From contig CAVXLD010000001.1 of NCBI GenBank assembly GCA_963762565.1, positions 1,216,001 through 1,280,000 on the forward strand: a DNA stretch of 64,000 nucleotides. Direction: 5' to 3'. A program made the translations under genes and the position numbers. Positions 32,302 to 42,358 of this stretch are shown piece by piece. The DNA is from an uncultured Verrucomicrobiae bacterium. GTDB lineage: Bacteria; Verrucomicrobiota; Verrucomicrobiia; Chthoniobacterales; JAFAMB01. The notes under the pieces are model-generated. The model saw nothing but the letters and a program-made list of their open reading frames with translations, ran no database searches and was not told the origin of the DNA. Each line of letters opens with the position of its first letter. Positions within the stretch are counted from its first letter, which is position 1.

Positions 32302-32754
32302 TTAATGATTGGCCGTAGCCCGCCGTTGGATGGTGATGCGTTTGATCCTGGCATCATCGGTGGGGCTGAAACTCATCAATTCCGGGTCATCCTTCAGCGT
32401 ATTATGAACGATCCGGCGATCGTAAGAATTCATTGGCTCAAGCTTTACCGGGCGTCCCGTTAACCGGACAGTGTCGGCGATCTGACGTATCCGTTGACGA
32501 AGCTTATCGTCCCGCATGGCTCTCCAATGGCCAATGTCCACTTGTACCCGCGGTGCGTTCCTATCCCTCGACTGCAAGATCCGGTTCAGTAAAAATTGCA
32601 GATCTTCTAAAGTTTCACCGTTGTGGCCGATTAACGCATCCGCTTCCGCGGTGAAAACCTGAAGCTGGATCCCGCTCTCCGTCTCGATCTCTTGAATCTC
32701 CGCCACGAAGCCCAGATGACCTAACATTGTGTCTAGGATCTCTTTAGCATCCAT
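32302..32754 (-). CDS. jag: Jag/KhpB-like KH-R3H RNA-binding protein
   Basis: LIGHNGETLEDLQFL (KH), PMNSYDRRIVH (R3H); downstream of yidC. Confidence 0.9.
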   Translation of the reverse strand: MDAKEILDTMLGHLGFVAEIQEIETESGIQLQVFTAEADALIGHNGETLEDLQFLLNRILQSRDRNAPRVQVDIGHWRAMRDDKLRQRIRQIADTVRLTGRPVKLEPMNSYDRRIVHNTLKDDPELMSFSPTDDARIKRITIQRRATANH

Positions 32755-32778
32755 AACGGGATCACGGGAACCCCTTAA

Positions 32779-34512
32779 TTAACGGTAACTCTTCTTTTTC
32801 GCAACTGCCTGGGCTTTGACCGGCTTAGGCAAGTCCGGCGCGGTCTGCTTCATGGTGAGGTAGGTCTGCAGGATAGTGAACAGGTTCGACGCGGTGTAAT
32901 AGAGCGATAGGGCCGCAGCGAAATTATAGCAGATGAATAGGAAAACGATCGGCATGATCAACAAAATCCGCTGCTGCGAGGCGTCTCCCGTTTTCGGTGT
33001 GATCTGGAGCTGCCAAAGCTGCGTCGCTGCCGACACCAGAGGAATAATGTTGAGAGGAAAACCGAAAATGTGAGCAACGGTGTCAGGCTGGGACAGGTCT
33101 CTAACCCACAAAAAAGAACTATCTCTTAGCTCAACGGCTGACCCCAGCATGGCGTAGAAAGCAAAGAAGATCGGGATCTGGATGAGCATCGGTAAGCAAC
33201 CAGCGAGAGGATTGATGTTGTACTCCTTGTACAACTTCATCATCTCTTGATTCATCCGCTGCTGATCATCCTTATATTTGACCTTCAGCTCGTTAATCAG
33301 CGGCGACAGTTTGGCCATCTTCCGCATGCTCTTCATTGAGACATTCTGGATGGGCCAAACCGCCCCCCGGATAATCACCGTCATGAGAAGGATCGACAAC
33401 CCGTAACTACCCACGAAAGCGTGGATCGTGTTCATCATGATCAGGAGTCCCGTACTGATGGGCCCGAATGGCAGCCCAAAAGGCAGTACGGCGGTGAAAT
33501 CGTCTCCTAGCTTTGACAGGCGGCCGTATTCCTTGGGCCCGGCATAAATCACGAATTCCTTACTCTTGGTTTCACCGGGTTGCAGATTGAAACCGGGAAA
33601 CCCGAGAGCGCCGTCGATGCTCCATCCTGGCTTTTGGGTCGGATCGTTGGAGAGAGGATCGCGTTTTGCCCAAACCTGGCCAGCGCTTTTGTCCTTCGAT
33701 TGAAGGATGGTGGTGAAGTATTGGTCGGCTACTGCGGCCCAGGAAATCTGGTCGCCGGTTGCAGAATAAATGTCGTGGCCGGCGGAGGTCGGGAAGAAAA
33801 GAAAGCTGGAAGGACCAAACCAGTCGACATTGACACTTTGGTACTTACTGTCACGATCCCAACCGAACGTGGTGTAGTTTGACCGATCATTGGCGTGGAT
33901 CGGTTGAGCTGCGCCGGTATTGACAAAGAAACCGGGCACGTCCTGAGCCGCGCCTCCGGTGTTCTTGAATCCGATGGTCAATTTAAGCTGAAACGGATCT
34001 TGGACCCCAGCCGATTTCCCGACCGTGTAGGTCTTGGTCACCTGGATATTATTTCCAATGTCTTTGGTTAGGGTGACCGAGCTATTCGCTTGATCGTCCG
34101 TGAGCGTATATCCGCTGTCCCGCCAATCGCTGGGATTTCTGGTGATGGCCCCAATGGCTGCCGCGCGATCGTTACTTAAGATTACCGGATGGTCGTCCTC
34201 GGCCTTGTACTGCAACAGTTCGACCTGCGTCAGGCCACCGCGCACATTGGAGAAATCCAGTTTCGCGACGTCGCTCTTCAAGGTGGCGTCTTGTTCCGGA
34301 ACCTCGGCCTGAGCTGGAGTCGGGGCTGACTGAGCGGTTACCGCTGGCGGTGTAGCCGCCGGTGTCGCGGAAGGTGGGGGCGGAGTGACCGGTTGGTTGG
34401 CGTAAGCCTGGGCTCGAGTTCTAGCCGCTTCTTGCTGCTGCCAGAAAATTGTCAGGATTAGGCCAATGACGGCTAATGGGACCACAATCCAAGTAAGGCG
34501 ATCGCGGGGCAT
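32779..34512 (-). CDS. yidC: Membrane protein insertase YidC
   Basis: YAGPKEY, GLSILLMTVIIR, NPLAGCLPMLIQIPIF, ELR..SFLWVRDLSQPD. Confidence 0.97.
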   Translation of the reverse strand: MPRDRLTWIVVPLAVIGLILTIFWQQQEAARTRAQAYANQPVTPPPPSATPAATPPAVTAQSAPTPAQAEVPEQDATLKSDVAKLDFSNVRGGLTQVELLQYKAEDDHPVILSNDRAAAIGAITRNPSDWRDSGYTLTDDQANSSVTLTKDIGNNIQVTKTYTVGKSAGVQDPFQLKLTIGFKNTGGAAQDVPGFFVNTGAAQPIHANDRSNYTTFGWDRDSKYQSVNVDWFGPSSFLFFPTSAGHDIYSATGDQISWAAVADQYFTTILQSKDKSAGQVWAKRDPLSNDPTQKPGWSIDGALGFPGFNLQPGETKSKEFVIYAGPKEYGRLSKLGDDFTAVLPFGLPFGPISTGLLIMMNTIHAFVGSYGLSILLMTVIIRGAVWPIQNVSMKSMRKMAKLSPLINELKVKYKDDQQRMNQEMMKLYKEYNINPLAGCLPMLIQIPIFFAFYAMLGSAVELRDSSFLWVRDLSQPDTVAHIFGFPLNIIPLVSAATQLWQLQITPKTGDASQQRILLIMPIVFLFICYNFAAALSLYYTASNLFTILQTYLTMKQTAPDLPKPVKAQAVAKKKSYR

Positions 34513-34514
34513 GT

Positions 34515-34769
34515 TTAATTAGAAGGTTTTGAGTGGCGAGCGGGGACAGGATCGTAACCGGATCCTCCCCATGGATGGCAACGCAGGAGGCGCTTGGTTC
34601 CCAGCCAGCAGCCGGTCAACCAACCGTGGGTTTCGACTGCTTGGACAAAATATTCCGAGCAGGTGGGTAGGAACCTGCAACCGGAGCCTGGGCCGCCGGT
34701 CAGCGCCGCCAGAATGGGAGAAAGCGTTAACTTGTAGATCTTCAATAAGAACCTTAAAACGGGCGCCAT
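34515..34769 (-). CDS. yidD: Membrane protein insertion efficiency factor YidD
   Basis: [34 protein letters not shown]. Confidence 0.95.
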   Translation of the reverse strand: MAPVLRFLLKIYKLTLSPILAALTGGPGSGCRFLPTCSEYFVQAVETHGWLTGCWLGTKRLLRCHPWGGSGYDPVPARHSKPSN

Positions 34770-34810
34770 GAGCGACTTCCTCCAGCGAGTCCAATGACCA
34801 GGTGGCCATG

Positions 34811-35185
34811 CTAAGACCGCGCTAAAATAGAAGCGCGCTCGGCTAACCGCAACCAATCTCGCTCCAGATCCCGGAAGCTGGCAGTGGCTGCAGATGGGCG
34901 CGCAATCGTCACCAACCAAAAGCCCGACATTAGATCAAATTGATGCAATCTAAAAACCTCTCTAATCCGTCTTCTGATCCGATTGCGAACAACAGCCATT
35001 CCAACCTTCCGCGTGGTGACGATCCCTACTCGGTTACGCGGCGCGTCCGGTTGGGCTAAAACGCCGAGCACCAGGTGGCGCCCGGTCCAGGACTGTCCCG
35101 CTTGTTTAACCAGCTTGAACTCCGCCGCGCGCGAGAGTCGAGAAGCCCGGGGAAATCGATAGCGTTCCCGCTTCTCCTCGGGCAT
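34811..35185 (-). CDS. rnpA: Ribonuclease P protein component
   Basis: [32 protein letters not shown] (RNR motif). Confidence 0.95.
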   Translation of the reverse strand: MPEEKRERYRFPRASRLSRAAEFKLVKQAGQSWTGRHLVLGVLAQPDAPRNRVGIVTTRKVGMAVVRNRIRRRIREVFRLHQFDLMSGFWLVTIARPSAATASFRDLERDWLRLAERASILARS

Positions 35186-35225
35186 AACTTGTCGCGTCCG
35201 TACGCTTGGCCAAGGCGGAGTGATC

Positions 35226-35399
35226 TCAAGCCTGGGTGTGCCGAGCGAAATGGTTGTCAGTACCGACCGGTAGCAAGCGTCTCCGGCCGCGTTGACGGCG
35301 CCGGGCCAGCGTCGCACGGCCGCCCTTTGTTTTCATGCGAGCCCGAAAACCATGCTGACGCTTCCGGGTGCGCTTGGAAGCTTGATAAGTTCTTTTCAT
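35226..35399 (-). CDS. rpmH: 50S ribosomal protein L34 (57 aa; below the ORF-track cutoff)
   Basis: Manual translation [57 protein letters not shown]. Confidence 0.96.
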   Translation of the reverse strand: MKRTYQASKRTRKRQHGFRARMKTKGGRATLARRRQRGRRRLLPVGTDNHFARHTQA

Positions 35400-35469
35400 A
35401 AAAGCGGATCCTGGATCGTCGCGAGTCGGGAATGATATTCAGCGAGGGACGGATGTCAACGAAGCGTTA

Positions 35470-35640
35470 ACGTTTGGCGTTCGGGGTTCGGCGTTTAGCA
35501 GTTGTGCCGTTTGCGGTACGCGCTTACGGTTTCGCCCTTTCCGCTTCTGATCTATTAGTGAACCATCTCCATTGCCGAATCCGAGTAGAAAACCAGAAGG
35601 TCAAGCTACTGAACCGCCGAACGCCAAACGCCGAACGTGA
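35470..35640. repeat. Inverted pair of heptamer tandem repeats (GGCGTTY / RAACGCC)
   Basis: CGTTTGGCGTTCGGGGTTCGGCGTT ... CGCCGAACGCCAAACGCCGAACG, abutting the tyrS start. Confidence 0.8.
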
Positions 35641-36812
35641 ACGTGAACCCTCAGACCGTCCTTGAACAGATCAAACAAGGGGGAACCCAACTGATTAGCG
35701 AACAGGAGTTGCTCCAGAAGTTGGCTGAGAATCGGCCGCTGAGGGTGAAGCTGGGAGTAGATCCTACTTCTCCTGATTTGCACTTAGGACACTCTGTGGC
35801 GCTAGCGAAGATGCGTCAATTTCAAGACTTCGGCCATCAAGGGGTCCTTATCATTGGCAATTTCACCAGCATGGTCGGTGACCCGACTGGACGGTCCGCC
35901 ACTCGGCCCGTCCTGACTGCAGAAGAAGTCGCCGCTAACGCTGAGACCTACCGGGCCCAAGCGTTCAAAATTCTCGATCCTGGTCGGACCGAGATAGTCT
36001 GGAACGCCGATTGGCTCGGAAAAATGACCTATCTCGACGTCATCCGGCTCAACAGCAGAGTGACACTCCAACAGATGCAGCAACGGGACGATTTTCGACG
36101 CAGGCTTGACGAGGGGAGCCCGGTCTTTCTCCACGAGTTGCAATATCCGATTCTTCAAGGGTGGGATTCGGTCGTGATTCGAGCAGATGTTGAGCTCGGT
36201 GCTACCGAGCAAATGTTTAATATCATGGTGGGCCGCGCATTGCAGAAAGAGCACGGACAACCGCAACAGATCGCCTGCTTATTGCCAATCCTTGAAGGCC
36301 TGGATGGAGTTCAAAAGATGAGCAAGAGCCTGGGCAATTACATCGGGCTGACCGACGCGCCAGAGGCGATGTTCGGTAAAATCATGAGCATCTCGGACGA
36401 GTTGATGGGTCGTTATTACGAGGTGTTGTTTAACGAGCCGGCGCCGGACGGTCATCCGCTCGACGCAAAGAAGGCTCTGGCGTCTCGGATCGTGACTCGT
36501 TACCACGACGCCATGGCGGCGAAAACAGCCTTGGAGGAATTCGAACGGCGGTTCGGCAAACGCGACCTGGAGTCGGCAAACTTACCCGAGGTACCGGTGA
36601 GCGCTCTAGGAAATGATCTGGTATCCGCCATCGTCACCGCGTATGCGATGGCGTTTAATCTAAACCGTTCCCGAAGCGATGTCCGTCGGCTCATCGAACA
36701 AGGCAGTGTCCAGTGGCAAGGCGAAAAGATAACTAATCCGAAAGAATGCCCCGCATTTCAGGCCGGCGAGGTCCTGAAACTGGATAAGACCCGAGCGGTC
36801 AGGTTGGTGTAG
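35637..36812 (+). CDS. tyrS: Tyrosine--tRNA ligase
   Basis: KLGVDPTSPDLHLGH (HIGH), GDPTGRS, YPILQGWDS, KMSKS, C-terminal S4 domain. Confidence 0.97.
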   Translation: MNVNPQTVLEQIKQGGTQLISEQELLQKLAENRPLRVKLGVDPTSPDLHLGHSVALAKMRQFQDFGHQGVLIIGNFTSMVGDPTGRSATRPVLTAEEVAANAETYRAQAFKILDPGRTEIVWNADWLGKMTYLDVIRLNSRVTLQQMQQRDDFRRRLDEGSPVFLHELQYPILQGWDSVVIRADVELGATEQMFNIMVGRALQKEHGQPQQIACLLPILEGLDGVQKMSKSLGNYIGLTDAPEAMFGKIMSISDELMGRYYEVLFNEPAPDGHPLDAKKALASRIVTRYHDAMAAKTALEEFERRFGKRDLESANLPEVPVSALGNDLVSAIVTAYAMAFNLNRSRSDVRRLIEQGSVQWQGEKITNPKECPAFQAGEVLKLDKTRAVRLV

Positions 36813-36832
36813 TTTCGGTAGGGCGAAAAACA

Positions 36833-37101
36833 TGGTGGGGCGAGGCTCCGGAACGGGCTAAAACACCTCGCAAGGGGCATCGCGCGTATGTCATTGCTGT
36901 AGCGGATTGGGCCAGGGCACTGCCGAGCCGGTCCCAGCGCGATGCAACCTGAAAACCGGTCATGAGTTGATCGCTCGATTCCTGGACGTTGGCAAATCAG
37001 GGGCCGCGGCTCGGCAGCGACTCGGCCTTGCACATGTTGTCATGGAAACCCGCGGGGGGCTTTGGGATGACCAGTCCTAGTTCCGGAGCCTCGCCCCACC
37101 A
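36833..37101. repeat. Split-REP doublet, copy C
   Basis: TGGTGGGGCGAGGCTCCGGAA...CTGCCGAGCCG...CGGCTCGGCAG...TTCCGGAGCCTCGCCCCACCA. Confidence 0.9.
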
Positions 37102-37102
37102 A

Positions 37103-37828
37103 TCAGCCCCTACCGTCACTCGTTTCCTTAAGAAGCTCTTCCACCGATCTTCTTTTCCTTAGCCGGAGCCAGTTATTCCAGGTTTTCCGGAAGCTGTCCC
37201 GGATCGAGAGGTAGTTTTGACTCAGGTCATTCTCTTTGCCGATTTGCTCTAAAATACCAGCCACGGAGAAATTTTCGGTTCGGAAAGTCGTAAACGCGGT
37301 GCCGATCGCGGCATAATGATGGGCATCACTGGCGGCTGTCATCGGTAAGCCGCGTCGAACCGCATAATCGTACGCCATCCGATTGTATCGTTTTAGGGTG
37401 GTAGCGGCGTTGAAAACCTCGATGGCATCGATTGGCAACGTGTTAAGGACGTTTTCACGAATTCCAGCCCGGAATAGGTCGTACGGATGAGGGGGAATGG
37501 CTACGCCTCCTGCCTCGTGAATCAAATGACAGACCTCTAAAGCGGGACGGCCTTTCAGGTCCGGCAGGACAGCACCAATGCAGAGCAAATGCCCTTCGGC
37601 GGTAGTGACCTCGACCCCGGGAATGATCAAAAAGTCGTTCACTGGCAAACCGTCCGGACGCATCAGTTCCCGGTCCGTCAAGTACTTCACGGCATCGCAG
37701 GTGTTGTGGTCAGTAATCGCAAATCCACTCAGCCCTTTAGCCCGAGCGGCTTCGATCAGTTGTTCAGGACTACTGACGCCGTCCCCGGAAAAAAACGAGT
37801 GGCAATGCAGGTCGATCTTCACAGGCAT
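37103..37828 (-). CDS. PHP-domain metallophosphoesterase
   Basis: DLHCHS, AITDHN, PGVEV, GHLL, PHPY, IEVFN, SDAH. Confidence 0.92.
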   Translation of the reverse strand: MPVKIDLHCHSFFSGDGVSSPEQLIEAARAKGLSGFAITDHNTCDAVKYLTDRELMRPDGLPVNDFLIIPGVEVTTAEGHLLCIGAVLPDLKGRPALEVCHLIHEAGGVAIPPHPYDLFRAGIRENVLNTLPIDAIEVFNAATTLKRYNRMAYDYAVRRGLPMTAASDAHHYAAIGTAFTTFRTENFSVAGILEQIGKENDLSQNYLSIRDSFRKTWNNWLRLRKRRSVEELLKETSDGRG

Positions 37829-37875
37829 GCGGCGTTTAAGTAAGCTGGAAACCAAAACTGTGCTACAGCTAACAG

Positions 37876-38490
37876 ATGGCGCAAGCACTAGGAAGAGGTG
37901 AATTAGACTCACTGAGATCGACTCAGGGCTCTTCCATTGCTTTTAAGGAATGGGCACTCGTCTGCGCTTCAACGCTGCGGGGCGAAACCAGCCTCATTTT
38001 CCGAAAGGGCGGTATTGCCGAGGGCCGCGAGGGATTTCGATTCCGTCACCAACGTTTTTTTCTTTTTCCAACTTTTTTTCACGAACAGGCAGATCGTTTG
38101 CGGATTGATGCCCCGATCATTGAACCGGAGCCAGACGTCGTGACCTTTTCCGCTTACGTTCACGTGGAGTTCACACGTTGGATCGAAGATTTAAGCGTGT
38201 TGCAATCACTCGCTGATCTCCACATCCTGAAGCCGGAGGTCTTAGAGCAGCGATTTGCCTATGATGATCCCAAGGGTCTCCATGTAGCAATGATCCGAGT
38301 ATTTCGGGTTGCGCCGGTGTGGAGTCTGCCTGTTCAGAAATCCTTTGGTGGTTGCCGCTCCTGGGTGGAGCTACCAGATGCACCGACGGAGCTGCGGTTT
38401 ACGCCAGTTGTGGACGACAGCGAACAGGCAGCTCGCAAGGCGCAGGTTTTGACGGCGGTTGGCGAGAAACGATCGGTGATTGGTGAATAG
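37876..38490 (+). CDS. DUF1802-family protein
   Basis: AFKEWA...RKGGIAE...FFLFPTFFHEQ...GGCRSWV. Confidence 0.88.
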   Translation: MAQALGRGELDSLRSTQGSSIAFKEWALVCASTLRGETSLIFRKGGIAEGREGFRFRHQRFFLFPTFFHEQADRLRIDAPIIEPEPDVVTFSAYVHVEFTRWIEDLSVLQSLADLHILKPEVLEQRFAYDDPKGLHVAMIRVFRVAPVWSLPVQKSFGGCRSWVELPDAPTELRFTPVVDDSEQAARKAQVLTAVGEKRSVIGE

Positions 38491-38607
38491 TGATTGGTGA
38501 TTAGTAGGCGACGCGCGTCTGTTCTTCCTCCGGCCGATCAGGCAAAATCTCGCCAAAAAAATTCGGGTCATCACCGACCGTTCCACCAATCACGAATCAC
38601 CAATCAC
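38475..38607. repeat. Inverted pair of heptamer tandem repeats (TGATTGG / CCAATCA)
   Basis: GGTGATTGGTGAATAGTGATTGGTGATTAG ... CACCAATCACGAATCACCAATCAC; contains the DUF1802 stop codon. Confidence 0.8.
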
Positions 38608-38613
38608 ATTCCC

Positions 38614-39096
38614 TTACAGCTCTACGAGCTGGACCCGATTCATGGTTGAAGCCAGCCGATTCTGGACGCGCTTAATCTCCGGTGAACTCGCGTATTTGAG
38701 CAGGTCGCTTTTCAAGGTATCGAACGTAGACTTCGAAGCTTCGACCTTTTTCTTGAGGTCGGTCATGAAGTCTTGGATGTTTTTTTTCGCTTCCGCGTCG
38801 TTGTCCATGCTCTTGAGGACCTCAGAGCCCTGATATTTGTCCCGCACGCCGTTGTACTCATCCACGAACTTATTGGCTTCGTCGCAGAACTTATCTGCCG
38901 CCTTTACCACGTCCCCGTCGTTGTCGGCGCTCTTGATAGAATTCTCCAAGCTCTGCATAGCGTTTATGTAGATGTCCCAGGGCTTTTTGTATGCATCCAG
39001 AACGGCTTTCTGGTCAGCGTCTAGAGCGTACCCAGGTCGTGGCAGGACTAGGAGCACCAGACCGGTCCAAACAACAAACTTCAGAAGACTTTGCAT
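38614..39096 (-). CDS. Secreted alpha-helical hypothetical protein
   Basis: Signal peptide ending GYA followed by a charged helical sequence; about 160 aa. Confidence 0.75.
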   Translation of the reverse strand: MQSLLKFVVWTGLVLLVLPRPGYALDADQKAVLDAYKKPWDIYINAMQSLENSIKSADNDGDVVKAADKFCDEANKFVDEYNGVRDKYQGSEVLKSMDNDAEAKKNIQDFMTDLKKKVEASKSTFDTLKSDLLKYASSPEIKRVQNRLASTMNRVQLVEL

Positions 39097-39167
39097 AAAC
39101 AATAGGCGGCTAGAGACCGAAAAGTGGGGGAGAGGTTACTTCAGATCAATCAATTTTTCCGGTGACA

Positions 39168-39968
39168 TTATTTTGCCCTGTGCACCAGCAGCAAATAATT
39201 CGCAACCAAGGCCAGGCTGGACGAATTAATCACGTCGTCTCCTGAACGCGCCCAGAACTGGGTTGATGATCCTCCGTCCAGGTTAAGCGCTGAAATTACC
39301 GATGTGCGGCCGAGTAGATTGGGCGTCGACAAAATCTGGCCCATTTCCGCCAGTGTCACCGACCGGCATATCCCAAACCCCCAGACCGAATTGCTGCCTG
39401 CGAAAACGAACGTGCGGGCGGCGCTCCGACCGTTATTGAGCCCGGTCAAAACTCTGCCGTCTTCCACGAGAAACGGACCACACTGGATGGCTTCGCTTAC
39501 ATCTTTCAAGCGGGCGAAACGTGAGCTCCGGACAAGGCCAGGTTTCCCGTCCCGGACGAAAACTACACCGGACAAAAGCTTTGCCGTCCCAAACTGATGG
39601 ATGGTTCTGTTGTCGCTGATCAGCAATCCAACCGGGGTACCATCAAGTTGAAAATATCCACCGTTGACTCCCGCCACGGCATCGAAAGCAGCGGCTGCAT
39701 CCGCCACCGATCCATAGCGCCCTTCCTCGTTGCTGACGACACGGATCGCGAACCTATTAGGATGAAAAACAATGAGAAGAAGGTTGGCCGTCGTGGCATC
39801 GTTCGCGACTTTTAGCCTGAAAGGAACGCCGTCCGCTGGTTCAGAAGGTTGCCGATCGAGAACGCGCCATTCGGCAAACAAAGTCGCTGGCAGGAAACAG
39901 AGGAAGGCCAACAGGGCGTTTGGCGCTCGGCGTTTGGCGTTTGGCGTTTCGCGGTTGCGGCGTGGCAC
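39168..39968 (-). CDS. Phosphodiester glycosidase (NAGPA/DUF2233) family protein
   Basis: AGVNGGYF, QCGPFLV, AART, ALNLDGGSST; start uncertain because it lies beyond a repeat tract. Confidence 0.87.
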   Translation of the reverse strand: MPRRNRETPNAKRRAPNALLAFLCFLPATLFAEWRVLDRQPSEPADGVPFRLKVANDATTANLLLIVFHPNRFAIRVVSNEEGRYGSVADAAAAFDAVAGVNGGYFQLDGTPVGLLISDNRTIHQFGTAKLLSGVVFVRDGKPGLVRSSRFARLKDVSEAIQCGPFLVEDGRVLTGLNNGRSAARTFVFAGSNSVWGFGICRSVTLAEMGQILSTPNLLGRTSVISALNLDGGSSTQFWARSGDDVINSSSLALVANYLLLVHRAK

Positions 39969-40143
39969 AGCGGGATCTTCTAATCGGAGTCAAGGGCGCG
40001 GTCCAGTCCGAAGAGTTCGGCGGTTTCGATTCACAGGTAACCCGGAACGGAAGACCTGCCCAGCTCTGTCGAGGACGAGGACGACGACGAGGACAAGTAC
40101 GATCTCGAACGCAGAACGCCGAACGCCAAACGCTAACCGCTAA
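39915..40143. repeat. Inverted heptamer-repeat pair with an internal GAGGAC/GACGAC hexamer tract
   Basis: GGCGTTTGGCGCTCGGCGTTTGGCGTTTGGCGTT ... GAGGACGAGGACGACGACGAGGAC ... GAACGCAGAACGCCGAACGCCAAACGC. Confidence 0.8.
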
Positions 40144-41072
40144 CCCTTAACCCCGGTGGCGAAAACAGTCTGGAAATAAGGGCTCTCGATCTCGCGAGAG
40201 ACAATTCGAACGTCGGTATCAACAAACTTCGCTTCTTTCAGAAAGCGCAGCAATTCTACTTCGCTGAAGCCTAGCCAAACGTCGGCGTAAAGATCTCTAG
40301 CCTGCTCGAAGCCGTGAGCGAGCAAATCAAGGATCAATATTCGGCCGGACTTGCGCAGGATCCGATGCGCTGCTTGCACCGCTCGGAGAGGGTCAATCGC
40401 GTGGTGAAGAGCTTGACTGAGAACAACAAGATCAACACTCGCTGGATCAATTGGCGGACTCTGAATGTCGCCTAATCGAAACTCCAAATTCTTGAGGCCG
40501 TGCTCTCTGGCCAATTGAGAGCCGAATTCGACCATTTTCTCTGATAGGTCAACGGCAATAACGCGCTTCGCTCGGCGCGCCAGCAACTGCGCTAAGGTCC
40601 CCTCCCCGGCTCCCAAATCGGCGATTTCCACCTCCGGGATCAACGTTAATAACACATGAGACAACGCTTGCCAGGAGCGCCCGGGACAGTAGCTACGGCC
40701 GAACTTGCCCGCGAGGCGGTTGAAATATTCGCGGGATCGGTCGTGGCGCCGGGCCAGGACATGAGCGCGAGTTCGTTCGTCCGCTTGTGCTTCAGGCAAA
40801 TCTTTCATCGCCAGAGACACCAGCCGTTTGAGGTCGTCGATTGGAATCGAGCCGTTTGCACCCCAAGCATAATAAATGTTTTTGCCAACGCGGCGGTCCT
40901 GGACCAAGCCGGCCCGCTTTAACTGAGCCAGATGCGTCGAGATACGCGACTGCCCCATACCGAGTACCTCTTGAATTTCGGCTACGGACAGTTCGTCCGG
41001 CTCGATGAGGTGTAGCAATCGGGCTCGAACCGGGTCCGAAAGCACTTTAAGTGAATTCAGCGTTGACGACAT
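40140..41072 (-). CDS. sahR: ArsR-family regulator fused to a SAM-dependent methyltransferase-like domain (SahR-type)
   Basis: ArsR HTH (ELSVAEIQEVLGMGQSRISTHL) plus ADLGAGEG motif; divergent from metK-ahcY. Confidence 0.85.
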   Translation of the reverse strand: MSSTLNSLKVLSDPVRARLLHLIEPDELSVAEIQEVLGMGQSRISTHLAQLKRAGLVQDRRVGKNIYYAWGANGSIPIDDLKRLVSLAMKDLPEAQADERTRAHVLARRHDRSREYFNRLAGKFGRSYCPGRSWQALSHVLLTLIPEVEIADLGAGEGTLAQLLARRAKRVIAVDLSEKMVEFGSQLAREHGLKNLEFRLGDIQSPPIDPASVDLVVLSQALHHAIDPLRAVQAAHRILRKSGRILILDLLAHGFEQARDLYADVWLGFSEVELLRFLKEAKFVDTDVRIVSREIESPYFQTVFATGVKG

Positions 41073-41085
41073 CGGATAGCGGGAT

Positions 41086-41105
41086 ATATCAGGATATCAT
41101 GATTG
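41086..41105. promoter_or_regulatory. Candidate SahR operator
   Basis: Imperfect 20-bp palindrome ATATCAGGATATCATGATTG between the sahR and metK starts. Confidence 0.65.
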
Positions 41106-41169
41106 GTCAATATACACCAGTCCTGCTCGCTCTAAACTGCTTGGGGATTCAATCGTAGTAATCAAGGCT

Positions 41170-42348
41170 ATGGCGCACCGATACATCTTTTCCTCGGAAT
41201 CCGTGACTGAAGGTCATCCGGACAAAGTCTGCGACACCATCTCTGATCGCATCCTGGACGCCTGTTTGGCCCAGGACCCGCAAAGCCGGGTCGCTTGCGA
41301 AACGCTCGCCAAAGGCAACCTGGTGGTCATCGCCGGCGAGATTACCACTAACTCAAGGTTTGACTATATCGAAGAGGTTCGCTCCGCGATCCGTGAGATC
41401 GGCTACGTCCACGAGGACTCACTTTTTCAGGCTGAGACCTGTCTGGTAGTGCAGGCTCTTAGCCGGCAATCTCGCGATATTGCCCAAGGAGTCGACGCCA
41501 AAGCCGCCGAGGGCAAGGAAACCGACGAGCAAGGCGCCGGAGACCAAGGCCTCATGTTCGGCTTTGCCGTTCGGGAGACGCCGGAATTGATGCCGGCGCC
41601 GATTCAACTCAGCCACAAATTGGGACGCGAGTTGACGCGTTTAAGAAAATCCGGCGAGTTACCCTGGTTGCGGCCCGACGCGAAGACCCAAGTTTCGGTC
41701 GAGTATGAGGGCTTTACCCCGATTCGAGTCACTGCGATCGTCATTTCGACCCAACATTCGCCCGACGTCAAACATAAGGAAATTCGGGAAACGCTGATCG
41801 AGCGCGTGGTCCGTAAAATAATCCCGGCCGAGCTAATCGATGCCGAGACGCGCTACCTGATCAATCCGACCGGAAGATTTGTTATTGGCGGTCCGGAGGG
41901 AGACTCCGGGTTAACGGGACGAAAGATCATTGTTGATAGTTATGGGGGCATGGGCCGCCACGGTGGTGGTGCGTTCTCCGGCAAGGATCCGTCCAAAGTG
42001 GATCGTTCAGCTGCTTATATGGGTCGCTACGTTGCCAAGAATATTGTGGCGGCGGGTCTGGCGGACCGATGCGAAATCCAGTTCGCCTACGCCATTGGCT
42101 ATCCCGATCCAGTGAGCATCTGCGTGAACACATTTGGCACCTCCGCAGTCGCCGAATCCAAGATCGAAGAGGCGGTCAAGCACGTGTTCAATTTTAAACC
42201 GGCCGCTATTATTCAACAGCTCGATCTCTTACGGCCGATCTATAGCCAGACCACCAATTACGGTCATTTTGGCCGGGAAGATGATTTAAACGCCTTAACC
42301 TGGGAACGCACCGATAAAGCCGAAGCCCTTCGGCAATTTGTCTCTTAA
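41170..42348 (+). CDS. metK: S-adenosylmethionine synthetase
   Basis: [43 protein letters not shown]. Confidence 0.99.
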   Translation: MAHRYIFSSESVTEGHPDKVCDTISDRILDACLAQDPQSRVACETLAKGNLVVIAGEITTNSRFDYIEEVRSAIREIGYVHEDSLFQAETCLVVQALSRQSRDIAQGVDAKAAEGKETDEQGAGDQGLMFGFAVRETPELMPAPIQLSHKLGRELTRLRKSGELPWLRPDAKTQVSVEYEGFTPIRVTAIVISTQHSPDVKHKEIRETLIERVVRKIIPAELIDAETRYLINPTGRFVIGGPEGDSGLTGRKIIVDSYGGMGRHGGGAFSGKDPSKVDRSAAYMGRYVAKNIVAAGLADRCEIQFAYAIGYPDPVSICVNTFGTSAVAESKIEEAVKHVFNFKPAAIIQQLDLLRPIYSQTTNYGHFGREDDLNALTWERTDKAEALRQFVS

Positions 42349-42358
42349 TTCACGATCC

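Noticed and set aside
35400..35636. oriC upstream of rpmH
   Set aside because: No dnaA gene and no cluster of TTATCCACA boxes; the gap is occupied by a heptamer-repeat pair.
41073..41169. SAM or SAH riboswitch upstream of metK
   Set aside because: Only 97 nt shared by two divergent promoters and no recognisable aptamer; a protein operator explains the region better.
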